Source: Veleropilina oligotropha (taxonomy: Eukaryota). From it: a stretch of 64,000 nucleotides of DNA. Where the stretch lies: contig JBEUKZ010000010.1 of the NCBI GenBank assembly GCA_048128005.1, positions 310,001-374,000 of the forward strand. The letters are read 5' to 3'. The notes below the pieces were generated by a model that was given only the letters and a program-made list of their open reading frames with translations, ran no database searches and was not told the origin of the DNA. Each line of letters opens with the position of its first letter. Position 1 is the stretch's first letter. The position numbers and the translations under genes were made by a program. This document shows positions 41,801-54,322 of the stretch, piece by piece.

Positions 41801-43428
41801 TTGATCGTTGGATGAGTACATTTGATAACAGTCAATACTGCCAAGTAGAAATTATAATTAATTACATCTTCTAAAAAACTATAAAAAAATACCTTTTTAT
41901 ACATATATTTTCATAAAGCAAAACTATTGGAAACATCAAGTGTGTCAATTTGACATTGTTATCAGCAAGTATTATTTTCCGCCAAATGATTGTCTTCCCA
42001 TCATTGCTGTCAAACAGTGGGATGACTCAATTGTCCTAAATTATCCCATTGCCAGAGAAGAGATAATTACGGAGCCATTACACTAATTTCAGTTAGACCA
42101 ACTGGCTAGGCCATGGAATAATTAATTAGCAGATAGCATCTTGTGTAAACCTTCCAGTGTACATAAGATAATAGCCCATCCTGCTGACAAGTCTACAGAT
42201 AGAGATGCCATGTTTTCAAGCCATTAACTCAATGATAATCAGACAATATGGTCAGATGCATAATCATGATGGGATAATCAACAAACCGAACCCAGGGGTA
42301 TTCACTTAATATTATAATATATTTTCAAAGGGAAGTACTTAACATTACTCTACTTTCGAATATGAAAGATGTAATTCCGTAATTGCTGAATTTATGACGT
42401 TATATGAAAGCTGAAGGACAATATATTCTTAAAGATGTATTGCTGCTAATTAATCTTTTCATGTACAATGCAAACACAAGTGTATAAATATATACATGTA
42501 CATGTGCTAATGTCACTTGATATATACAGTAATTTATGAAAATAATAAAATTCCAACGCATTATCAGCCTGTTATTATAATATATAGTAATGAAATCACT
42601 GCAAGTACTGCATTTTAACATAACAGCTGTTGTGATGCATTGATCCTCGAATAATACTATCAGGGTGAAGAAATGTTAACCAATATCTATAGCTGTCCTC
42701 TATCACAGCACTATATTAAATTTAGCAAAAGGCATCAGTTATTCAACTACTTAATGCACCAACCAAGTTTTGAAAAGACATCGAGGGTTTTATGAGACAT
42801 ACTCCGAAAAAGATCATTTTAAAGATATAAAACAATAACTCCGTCAATATTCACTGTGCATTGTCGAAAATAGCACCAGGTCACCGCCTCGTGATTACTA
42901 TCACCAAATTTTGAAATGATATTTCAAACGTTTTTAGGTATAATCAGGAAAAGATAAGACAATGACCATAAAATTTTCAAAAGTGACCAGTTCATCAACT
43001 ACTTCATACACCCACCAAGTTTTGTATACATATGCTGAGCGGTTTACGAGATATGCTCTAGAAAAAATAAAATTTTAACGAATTTACAATGTTCAGGGCA
43101 ATAACTTCATTTGAATATCCCCACAAACATATTTTGGCAGAGAATAAAAATGGACGGTTTCATAATAACAGGTAAGAGTAATTAATCCATACAGATTTTG
43201 AAATTAAATCAGTTTTGGTGGCGTGGCCTAGCGCATATGATGCTGGACCATGACGTTAGTTAAGGAATTATCACAGTACATGTCGTCTCCATTGCACACA
43301 GTATCCATCCATCAGACAGATACATTAAACTGAACCCCAGACTACAGACAAATGGGGTCGTCAAACTAAACAGTTAAAACTGATTAAATACAAATCTTGT
43401 CCGTAACTGTTGGAGTGCTCACATGTTT

Positions 43429-44214
43429 AACTAGAACGCTCAGTCTCGAGTGACCGAACATGTATCCCCCGGTAATGACCTGTCTAGAAGAATTAAAATC
43501 CAAGATGCAGGCCACAGTGGCCATCTTGGAGGTCGGACCACACCCAAAATCTCTAGGTGTCTTGTCCTCACCCAAACCAATGCACATACCAAATTTGAAA
43601 ACATTCCGTTAAGACATGGCCTGTCTAGAGTGATCACAAGGAATCTCTCGGCGGCGGCCATCTTAGAGGTCGGACCAAACCCAAAATATATAGGTGTCTT
43701 GTTCTCACCCAAACCAATGCACATACCAAATTTGAAAACATTCCATTAAGAAATGACCTGTCTAGAGAGATCACAAGCAATTATGGCAGCCGAATGGCCT
43801 GTCTAGAGTGACCGCAAGGAATTATGCTTTAAAATCCAAGATGAAGGCCACAGTGGCCATCTTGCACTTAGGACCAGACTCAATTTCTATATGTGTTGTG
43901 TCCTCGCACCAACCAATGCACATACCAAATTTGAAAACATTCCGTAAAGAAATGGCCTGTCTAGAGCGATCACAAGGAATTATGCTTTAAAATCCAAGAT
44001 GGAAGCAACAGCGGCCCTCTTGGAGGTCAGACCACACCAATTTCTATAGGTGTCATGTCCTCGCCCCAACCAATGCACATACCAAATTTGAAAACATTCC
44101 GTTAAGAAATGGCCTGTCTAGTGCGATCACGAGGGATCTCTCAGCGGATGTGGCGGCGGCGTAACGGACGCTAAACCATAGTATCCCCCGACACTTTCGT
44201 TTCGGGGTTACAAT
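43429..44214 (-). mobile_element. HINE with four internal repeats
   Basis: aactag end with hairpin and tatccccc subTIR; ccaatgcacataccaaatttgaaaacattcc x4; other end gtatcccccga..ttcggggttacaa. Confidence 0.88.
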
Positions 44215-45229
44215 TATATACAGTGCGTAGAATATGTTACATAAAATGGCGTCATATACAGTATGCAACATAAATAGCAATAGCATTGTCGATTGAGTAC
44301 CATATTTATTTTTACACCCCTTAAAATATAAATTTTTGGAAAGCTAGATATATCTGATATGTTCAGCATGAAAGTAAATACAGAATAATCCTCATCACAA
44401 CATAAACCTCAACTAACACAGTGCAGGGGAGACAATTCATACATGAAATTTATACAGGGGATACAATTCATACATGCAACATTGGTACAATGCATCAGCA
44501 ACCGTATTTTAATATACTGCCCATATTTCTACACTATAAATACTATATTTTTCATTAACACTACACCAGGTTTATACAATACTTCTAAAATATAGCTAAT
44601 TTTAGTAATTTATTTACATAAAATATTATTCCTTCACCTTTGCGTAATTTACTGGTGTGGTCATTATAACATGAAGTTATCTTCAGTAAATGAAAGTCAC
44701 ATAGTCAATGCCTATAGAAATCAGCAGTCTTATTGCAGACATACAGCTCGGACCAAAACTGACAGCCAATAATTATTATGTTGTGACAACTTCATTGTTC
44801 AGCCTTGCGAGGCAGAATTAGTGTGAAAAGAGTTTTCTCCCTTGAACCACATGGAAATGAATGAATACACATTCTGATATGCCCATGTAATCCCGGATAA
44901 GTAGATGCTGTTGATGTTCTGCAATGGTAATTCATGTACCATGCAAGTTTGTGATTTATTTATGGTAAAAGAATGTATTTATAAATGTATTCTGCAAAAA
45001 CTTGCTCCAAGGTTGTATATCCTGTTTAGATTGTCATACTAATACATTTCAACATTAGATGCTGCCTCAGTGGCGGGATCATCTCTCAATCCATTGGGTT
45101 ATTTCTACGTAGGGTGAAAAGCTCAGTCCCGGTTGTCATAACCATGGTTTCAGTGTTTCACGGGATATTTTGAAATATGCCCCAAATTTCAAAATTTCTT
45201 ATAAGTTATGAAACTGATGTATCGGTTAC

Positions 45230-45482
45230 CTAAGCTGAATGGATAATTTAAGAGCACTGACTTGAAATTCACTTGCTCGATTGCTACATCTAAAATGAGT
45301 GGGTTCGAATCTACAGTGGTGCACTCTTTGTTTAGTTAACGATCACAGTTGTTTACAGCCAGCCATTGAAGGCAGTTTTTCCCAAGTAACGGGGCTTTCA
45401 TTCCTTGATAAAGTGAACATGTCCCGTATGAACCTGAACGTCGTAAATAACGTGACCTTAAACATCCATCCAAACCGAACAA
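45230..45482 (+). mobile_element. SINE group B copy
   Basis: B-box gggttcgaatc and 3' end catgtcccgtatgaacctgaacg..atccatccaaaccgaac. Confidence 0.7.
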
Positions 45483-46257
45483 TCAAAACATGTTGTCGTA
45501 ATTTTCAAACCAAGGAGCTGAAAACAAAAGTTTATATCAAAATGAAGATAAATGAACAATTTTAATGGCAGTGTATGCAGACAAAAAAATGTAATACATA
45601 AAATTATTATTCTAGTCATGTACCATATATAGCAGCATATCATGCAATAACGTATCTATTAAAGCCAAATAAATTTTGAGGAACTTCAAAACATTTTTTT
45701 TATATGATTGACCATCGTTTTGTCATTATTTGCTGTGAACAATTGCAAACACTACATACATATATAAATGCAACTTATTACTACAGTATATAAAATATTA
45801 ATGATCCTATTGGAACATAGTAGAGCCAAATAACAATGGCTGCTTAGCAGGTAATAATTGAGATGTACAAGTTTTCTCCCTTGTTCCACAACTTTCATAG
45901 TAAATGCAGAGTTTTCTCCCTTGATTCTAATATACCAGCATTATGAAAACGGAATGTCCGAGATTCCTGCATTACCTTTTAATGATATTTTCAACGACAT
46001 TAAAATTATTTAAATAAAACATCAATTTAGTTTCACCTTAAATGTATTTTCAACAAAATTAAAATTATTTAAATAACATCAATTAGTTTCACCCTTGTTT
46101 GCATTGCAATAGCAATTGTGGTAAAGTCTGGGTTTCTATTTCGCACCACAATTTGGTGTTTGATAATCACTCAATCATGAATTGTGTGGTAATCAATTAT
46201 CATTAATTGCATATTACTGAGTAAACACTTAAATAACAAATTCTGTAAATTCATTAA

Positions 46258-46891
46258 AGATGTATTGCCCGTAAGTAGCGAAAAATGCTTTTAATTTAAA
46301 CCTTAGACTGCAAACGTATTTTTGCCAGTTGGCTCAAGTTAGAAACTTTGCAATTTTTCCAAAATAGACTATAGACGGAGTCCCTGAAGCGCCTACGAAT
46401 TAAAAGTAAAAACTAATAAAACCGGGTCCGCTTTTATTATTTGGGTGACGGACGTTCATCGAAGGGAATTTCGTGAAGTTGGGCACAGTCGAAGTTAACT
46501 TTGGCTTTGTGGACAATTGAGCTGCAAACTTATCACTAATTAACAATTTTTACAGTACTGTCACATCGCATGCAAATTCGATAAATTAATAATTCGTATT
46601 TGACGTAGCGTCTGCATGTTTCGATAAAAAGTATACTAAAATATGAACGAGTCATCTCGTTTGTCGATTTCCGAATTGGAAATTTTACGAATTGCAGGCA
46701 TCCTTGTTAATTTTAATGGCGGAAATATCGAAAGGGTTCCGCGACAAGCACCGATTTCAGCAGCGATTTGTTATTATAAAACAACAAACAATGCAGATTT
46801 TTCACTTTGAATCATCAAAACTTTTTCTAACATCTACATATAGATAAGTAAGGCATTTGAGGGCATTGTCATAATTACGGGCAATACATCT
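46258..46891. mobile_element. Kolobok-type non-autonomous DNA transposon
   Basis: Perfect 17-bp TIRs agatgtattgcccgtaa / ttacgggcaatacatct, TTAA on both sides and purine-purine 5' termini. Confidence 0.88.
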
Positions 46892-47243
46892 TTAACAATT
46901 TAATTGTTTTTGTTAAGAGCAATTAGTTTATTTTACTTGCAAAGTGTTATCCAAACATGATTTCTTTGTCAGTGTTGAAATATTTTAAAGCATGCGTCTG
47001 TGCGCATTAATCATTCCAAAAATGAGATGTGCTATTTTAATGTACTATTTCAGTAATTTAAAACTTTTTAATTTGACCAGCTGATATACTGCAATTGCAA
47101 CAAAATGCGTAGTGCTCAATTAATGTATCTTATTATCTTTATTGCATATTATATAAATTAATACATATTCAATAATGATTTTGTAAATGATTAATTACCA
47201 TGAAATTATAATGATCTTGATCACCCTAGACTCGAATTTAGCA

Positions 47244-48005
47244 TGATTTGGTTAGTCCCATGGTAGCTCAGTGAAACCTTGATTTGGTTAGTCCCATGGT
47301 GGCTCAGTGAAACCTTGATTTGGTTAGTCCCATGGTGGCTCAGTGAAACCTTGATTTGGTTAGTCCCATGGTGGCTCAGTGAAACCTTGATTTGGTTAGT
47401 CCCATGGTGGCTCAGTGAAACCTTGATTTGGTTAGTCCCATGGTGGCTCAGTGAAACCTTGATTTGGTTAGTCCCATGGTGGCTCAGTGAAACCTTGATT
47501 TGGTTAGTCCCATGGTGGCTCAGTGAAACCTTGATTTGGTTAGTCCCATGGTGGTTCAGTGAAACCTTGATTTGGTTAGTCCCATGGTGGCTCAGTGAAA
47601 CCTTGATTTGGTTAGTCCCATGGTGGCTCAGTGAAACCTTGATTTGGTTAGTCCCATGGTGGCTCAGTGAAACCTTGATTTGATTAGTCCCATGGTGGCT
47701 CAGTGAAACCTTGATTTGGTTAGTCCCATGGTGGCTCAGTGAAACCTTGATTTGGTTAGTCCCCTGGTGGCTCAGTGAAACCTTGATTTGGTTAGTCCCA
47801 TGGTGGTTCAGTGAAACCTTGATTTGGTTAGTCCCATGGTGGCTCAGTGAAACCTTGATTTGGTTAGTCCCATGGTGGCTCAGTGAAACCTTGATTTGGT
47901 TAGTCCCATGGTGGTTCAGTGAAACCTTGATTTGGTTAGTCCCATGGTGGTTCAGTGAAACCTTGATTTGGTTAGTCCCATGGTGGCTCAGTGAAACCTT
48001 GATTT
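47244..48005. repeat. 36-bp minisatellite, 21 units
   Basis: tgatttggttagtcccatggtggctcagtgaaacct x21 with few variants. Confidence 0.99.
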
Positions 48006-48387
48006 TACAACACCCATTTTGCAATTAATTATTATCGCACACATAAGTTAATTATCTAGTTATTACTATTATAGCCTATATAATGTTACTAATCATTACT
48101 TTATGACCAGTAAATTTTAAATTTGACCAGTGTTTAAATTTCCTGGTGGTCCATTTGTATTTCTAGCTGACGCCTCAGCCAAGATCAGGTGTACAGTGTG
48201 TCATGAGGGTCAAAAAATAACTTTCGTCAAAATCAGTTGAAATTGGTCAGAAAAGTAAGTTATGGTGCTGTAGTAATGTTATTAAGCCGTTTCCTGACCA
48301 CATGATACCTCAAAATGAAAATTTTACCATTAATGTCACTATGCCTATTAAAGTTCTGTTTCATAGGAACACTAAAATTCATGTTCA

Positions 48388-48607
48388 TTTTTATGCCACC
48401 ACCAATTTATTGGGGTGGCATTTAGATTTACTCTTGTCCGTCCCGTCCCGTCCGTCCCGAAACCAGTATTTGCGTGTAACGTAAGCAACTCCAATCTGCT
48501 ATAACTTCTATTTGCCTTCATGGATTGACTTGATACTTTGTACACTGCCCCTATGGTCAAGGCTGCCAGTGGGGGCATTCGTGTCCAATGGACATATTTC
48601 TAGTTTT
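48388..48607 (+). mobile_element. Minimal HINE (~220 bp)
   Basis: tttttatgccacc..ggtggcat 5' hairpin, (GTCC) microsatellite, gggggcat subTIR, tgtcc-aat-ggaca hairpin and ctagttt end. Confidence 0.9.
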
Positions 48608-48826
48608 TACTGTCATAATTACAACAGCTTTTAACTATAAAGTATAATTTATTATTGGTGCTTTCTGTGGCTTTATGTCAGAAGAATGTCACAGGTCACA
48701 TGATATCATTTACAAATATTTCCAGCCTACAGCATAACATGTTTATAATGTATGCCTAGGTAACACGTATACAAAATATATGGGTGGTCAAGTGCATATA
48801 TATATATTATTACATTACATACGAAC

Positions 48827-49346
48827 CGGACATTTGCAATTAAGCCATCATATCCACAGAGCTAAATTCAATAGACATTAAATTGATGTACCTATGGGCA
48901 AGAAAACACAACCACGGTGACCTATCATATAGTGATAATATATTTTTAATTATCTTACTGAATTAAAAAAAAATTGATGTTTCATTCTCGTGTCTACGGA
49001 CCTGACTGGTTTTGTAACGCCCATGAAGAATATGTCAATCCTATTTTCGATTTGTCTTAAACAAGAAATCTAGACATTTGAAAGCAATAAAATGCACAAT
49101 AATATCTGGAAAATATATTATAATACATTATTATATGGACAAAACGTCTATGGACCGGACATAAGCAATTAGCCATCATTTCTGCAGAACTACTTTCAAT
49201 ACTAAGTCATTAAACTGATATACCTGTGAAAAGAATATGCAACAAGCTATCATATAATTATGAGAATACATTTTTAATTATGGTGCTGAATTAAAAATAA
49301 CTGATGCTTGAATCTTGTGTCTACGGACTGGACAAGTTTTGGAACG
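48827..49346. repeat. Diverged ~190-bp direct repeats (48827-49020 and 49155-49346)
   Basis: cggacat..gcaatta..gccatcat..ctgaattaaaaa..tgtctacggac..tttg.aacg occurs in both. Confidence 0.8.
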
Positions 49347-49364
49347 TTCCGCTCAGACACCAAA

Positions 49365-49406
49365 TTAACACTTTCCAATGAAGATAACTTCATTGGAAAG
49401 TGTTAA
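49365..49406. repeat. Perfect 19-bp-stem hairpin bounded by TTAA
   Basis: ttaacactttccaatgaag-ataa-cttcattggaaagtgttaa. Confidence 0.95.
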
Positions 49407-50059
49407 AATTTAATAACAGGGTATATCATGAGATGACTAAGTATCAAATGTGCATTTTTAAACAAAAATAAATATAGTTTGTTCTCAATAACAAGCCAAT
49501 GTTGAGCAAAATTAGAATAAACATAACGATTGGGTGCTATCAGTAATAATTATTCAGACGATACACTTCCAATTTTGCAGATATCGACACGAAGTAACCG
49601 GTAAAAGCAAATATAGAATATTATGTATCAGCTACAACATCAATCCGGGAATTTCATTTTACTTCCCATTAATAGCTTACATTTGAAAAAATGGTCTTTT
49701 GAAAATAACACAACATAATGATGAAAAATAGACAAATTTGATGCTTTGCAATGATACATCACTAAAATAAACATTAAAGCATTATGTTTTTTATGAATAT
49801 TTATTGTAGCAAGACCTGTTTGTTCCTTTTTAAAACATAAAATCATTTCAAACATGCTGTTTTAATTGCAATGTGCTGACATAACGTGTTTTCGTTTAAT
49901 GTGTACACCTGATCTTGTCTGAGGTGTCTTATAATAAAAGTAGGTGAAAACAGTTCATTTAAATCTAAATATTAAATTGAATGTGAATTGATTAATTTTA
50001 CACAATGTGACTTCAGTCACAATTTCTATATAAATATATTCATATTTATTCATTTTCAA

Positions 50060-50150
50060 CATTCCAACATTTATCATTCCAACATTTATCATTCCAACAT
50101 TTATCATTCCAACATTTATCATTCCAACATTTATCATTCCAACATTTATC
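50060..50150. repeat. 15-bp tandem repeat, about 6 units
   Basis: cattccaacatttat repeated. Confidence 0.97.
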
Positions 50151-53100
50151 CGAGGAACAGATTAATACAAAAAAATTATTGGCTAATGTAATTAAATGAC
50201 CTGAACGCACGGGACACAATAACCAGTTGTGCAGTATATTTATGAGCAATCGCATCTATTCTTCTTGAATTGGTCTCCTGTAGTGTATTAAACAAGTGGT
50301 TCTATGCTCTCTAATAATGATATGATCGACCATTATTTGTAATTGATATAATTAAAGGCCACTGCATTACAAATTCAGGTCCTACACTAACTCCTCATTC
50401 ATTGCTAGTTCATAAACATCTGAACTAAATCATGATCAATTGATTGATTCCTAATCGCCATCAGCTTGTAACACATAAACAGACCACAATAAATCATAGG
50501 CTTGCTTTTACGACTACTTGTCAATATCAGAAACTGCAACTAAAACCGCAATTATGCAACACGCAGTCAAATAATCTACCTGATACCTTTGAAGTTCAAT
50601 AATGTGGCTGTAAAATACCTGCCTCGTTTGTATTGGGTTCGCTGAGTCGTATACAATCGCTCTCTGGAGACCCCGGTGTTTCTTCGGCAACCAATAATCA
50701 ATGGTTAATAATCAGATTAGCAGACAACAACATTGCAGATAAAAGTTTATCATGAGACGATGCAACGTTTGATTAGAATGGGTCAGTCTGTTTCTTACCT
50801 GGCAAAAGAACATGCAAGAGATAAGAGATTTCTCACCTGATAATCTCTCCAGCCAGCTGGTGGCCAGAATCGCTTTTTCCACTGACTAGTGACTCATTTA
50901 ATTTAATGTGACCAGTCGTGAGGCAATCTACTAAATTTCTAAGCTATACATGTCAAAGTTAACCAGATGATGCAAGTCGAGTACTCAGGTGAGACTAGTC
51001 TTACAATAACATTTACCTATCGGTGTTGATCTATAACTGCTGCTTCCTGACTATTACTTACTTTGGTACCAGATGTGATGTCTAGGTGTTCAGACTGGAC
51101 ATTCAGAATTAAGGACAAAGTAGACCCTAACTAGGGGACAATGACGCCACAGGAACTAGAGCTCTTGACGAAGCACTTGCTATTGTGAAATCAGACCGAT
51201 TTCACGGTTTCTCTATAAAGTGAAGGTGTTAGGTTGTTCTAACCACAGCAAAACATGGGCTATTGTTTTCAACAGCCATGATATGGTAAACAGCAATTTC
51301 ACAGAATTTCCTTACAACACAGGTGTTGTGGACTAATCTAAGGAAAATAATTGTAGACCATGTCTCCTCCTGCCTTGAAAGGAAATTAGCTGTTTGTAAC
51401 CAGAAATGGGCAATAATGCTAGGAAATTGGCACTAAAATCTAAATTGATTTTGCACAAACTAAAACAATACACAAAAACTAGATTTATATCAATTCACAG
51501 CTGGTGAAAATGTAGTAGAACTTCACTTTTAGATGGTGTTAAATATCAACACCCTGGACTCAAGACAGTTTTTGCATTTATATATCTTAGATCTAAAATG
51601 AAAATGACTGCAGTGTTAATGAGATATAAATATTCTTATCTTGGCAAATGTCACCATAAAATTATCTAGCTTTATCTAATTCCAACAAAGGCAAGTAACA
51701 TCAGGCAGTCACCTGTCATACAATTGATATTCACTATGTTAATCTACATATTAAATATAAAAGTTAATTCCAGCAAAAAATATTTTATTACAAAGGTACA
51801 GTTCTAAACTTCACATGTATATATATACCTAACATAGTATTTACTCTTAATCTACTTAAAATAAACTTCAAAAAAATTAAATGTTTTTTATTAAAGATTC
51901 TAGGAGACTCCTGTATCTGAATATGCTAACTATTCATGTACCAGACATACAAAATGTGCTAATGCTACAAGTGCCAAAACTAGCACTAGACATGTTAAAA
52001 TACCAGGTCTCCATTGGCTCTCTGTGTGTTTATGTAACAATATTGTACAATAATTATTGCCATTAACATGTTGACCCAGCAATTGACATCACATGTATGG
52101 TGTCTGTAGACGTATTATTTAACAATCCAGCATTGAAAGAAAACAACGTAAATTTATGCATTTTCAAAAATACATGGATAAAAATTCTAACCTGCCAAAT
52201 TCATATGTTAGCATGACCGAAAAATGTGATATCGTACATTATTGTAACATAATGATAATCAGATATTTAGACCTAAGATGTGTTTGCATTTCAATTGACT
52301 CAAGGTAACCTTCTCACTCAAAGCATATAATTAGTTAATGGATTTATGGATAAAGAAGTGTTATTATTTGTTTAGTCAGCGATATACAATTAATGACAAA
52401 CCACACAATTCATAATTGAGTGAAAATATTTATATAACACCAGACCTCCAGTAGCAATACACACCCAGACATGACCATGAATGCCATGCACACGACTTTG
52501 GCGTTAAGTTTCTAGCCATATTGGTCGAGCTAAGAATTGCAAATGTTGATCCATATCATCATTCATGCCAGAACATTGTTTAATATCATGGCATGCTAAA
52601 ATAGAGAATTATTGCCAAGTTCTATCAATTTATAATGATAAGTGCCCAGAACAACTGAATAATTAATATGAAATTAGCAGCCAGTATTTGTGTGAAGTAT
52701 CACAGTCACATTAGTTACATCTTCATTCAGTCATAAAGATATAACGTTTTATCTCAAAAGAAAATATCTCTCTATCTTGTTTATGCTCATCATTATAATA
52801 AGGACAGTATGTTGTTATCAGAATTATTAGTACCTTTGTAGATTACAGGTTGAGGATAAGTGTTAGTGAATGAATGCGTTACAGTTAAAAAGACAGACTT
52901 TATTATTATTATAATATATCAATATGTCTTTCAACTTCTTCAATAGTCAATACATGTACACAACTTGCGACAAACACAATAGGCCTAGCTATAATATTGT
53001 GTTATTAAAATATATTGAATATACATATATATATGATATTTGTATATATGAATCTATAGTCTCTGTTTAAATTATATTTATACTCATGTAATGAGTGTTA

Positions 53101-53999
53101 GAAAATGATATACTTTATCATTGCTAACATTGTGTAATATGTATAAAAATTTACAGTTTGTCATAATTTAAAAAAGATCTAACTGTAGTGCATAAAATAC
53201 TAAGAGTAGTAGTTACAAAACAATGTATAATGCCTCATTGACACTCACTTATCATCGTTAAAATAGGATATTCAATATGAAAGTCTGTCAACTTTAGCAA
53301 GTCTGAAGACTTGAGTGTTCTAAACACACAAATTACTGACAGTACATATAATAGTGGAAAATTAATCACCAGACATGGTAAAATAGTGGACTCCTGAGGT
53401 ACAATATCTCACAGAGCAGTGGTTACTTAACACTTAGAAGTGGTGAGTGACATCATAGGCTATTGGAGATGTGTTGGTACAGGACTTAAAACCTGTTATA
53501 ATTTGCTTGGAGACAACCATCAATAGATAACAGCATACTATTACATAAGTCAAGGTCGAGCAAAAATATTATTTTAACACAAGAGACGTTTTAATAGATA
53601 TGAAGACACATACATGATACTACAAACTTGACAGTAAATATTTATTTGGCAAATAGGAAAATTCAAATAAAAACAACACATTTTTTTTTTACTTATACGG
53701 TATATTAAATAATACATACATAAACAAGACAGATATGATAATATCATGTTTTATATATATATATAATACCATTGTTCTTCTCTATATAAACGCATTTAAC
53801 TTTAAAAGTTATTAAATTCTATAAGTGAATAGTCGGGATTGGTTTTTCCTTAAATACATTTAGATATTGAAAGTAAGACAAAACTTAGATCTACATTTCA
53901 AAAATTATATTCAACTTTCAAAACGTTGTATTATTAGCTACAATAAAGAGTATAACATACTGTGTGACAATACGCCAAAATTAAGAGGTGTTTCACAAT

Positions 54000-54322
54000 A
54001 GGATGCCTATGTTCTTTCTGCTCCTGTCTACCTCCAGGATCTAATTTCAAGACATGAGCCATCTCGGGCACTGCGGTCAGCTTCAAAGTCCTTACTCAAG
54101 GTTCATGGTGCCCATAGGCATAAGAGAAAGACACTAGGGGAATGTGACTCTAAGATGTCATTTAAAAGGACACTAAAAACATTTCTGTTTGAATAACAAA
54201 AAACAAAAAAAACTTTTATTTCATTATATTCAAATGCAACTTGGACACAGAGCGCACCGAGCATGTTTTCACCACATGGAAGAAATGCGCTATAGAAGTG
54301 TCCATCATCATCATCATCATCA
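54000..54322 (+). mobile_element. 3' end of an L2-clade LINE, internally deleted
   Basis: Encodes SAPVYLQDLISRHEPSRALRSASKSLLKV and SFKRTLKTFLFE*. The 3' UTR has the agcgca..tgcgctata stem and a (CAT)n tail. Confidence 0.85.

Noticed and set aside
47221..48028. 267-aa His-rich repeat protein, or a CRISPR-like array with 36-bp repeats
   Set aside because: Head-to-tail units with no spacers and no cas genes in a eukaryotic context. The ORF has no ATG start and no supported splice context.
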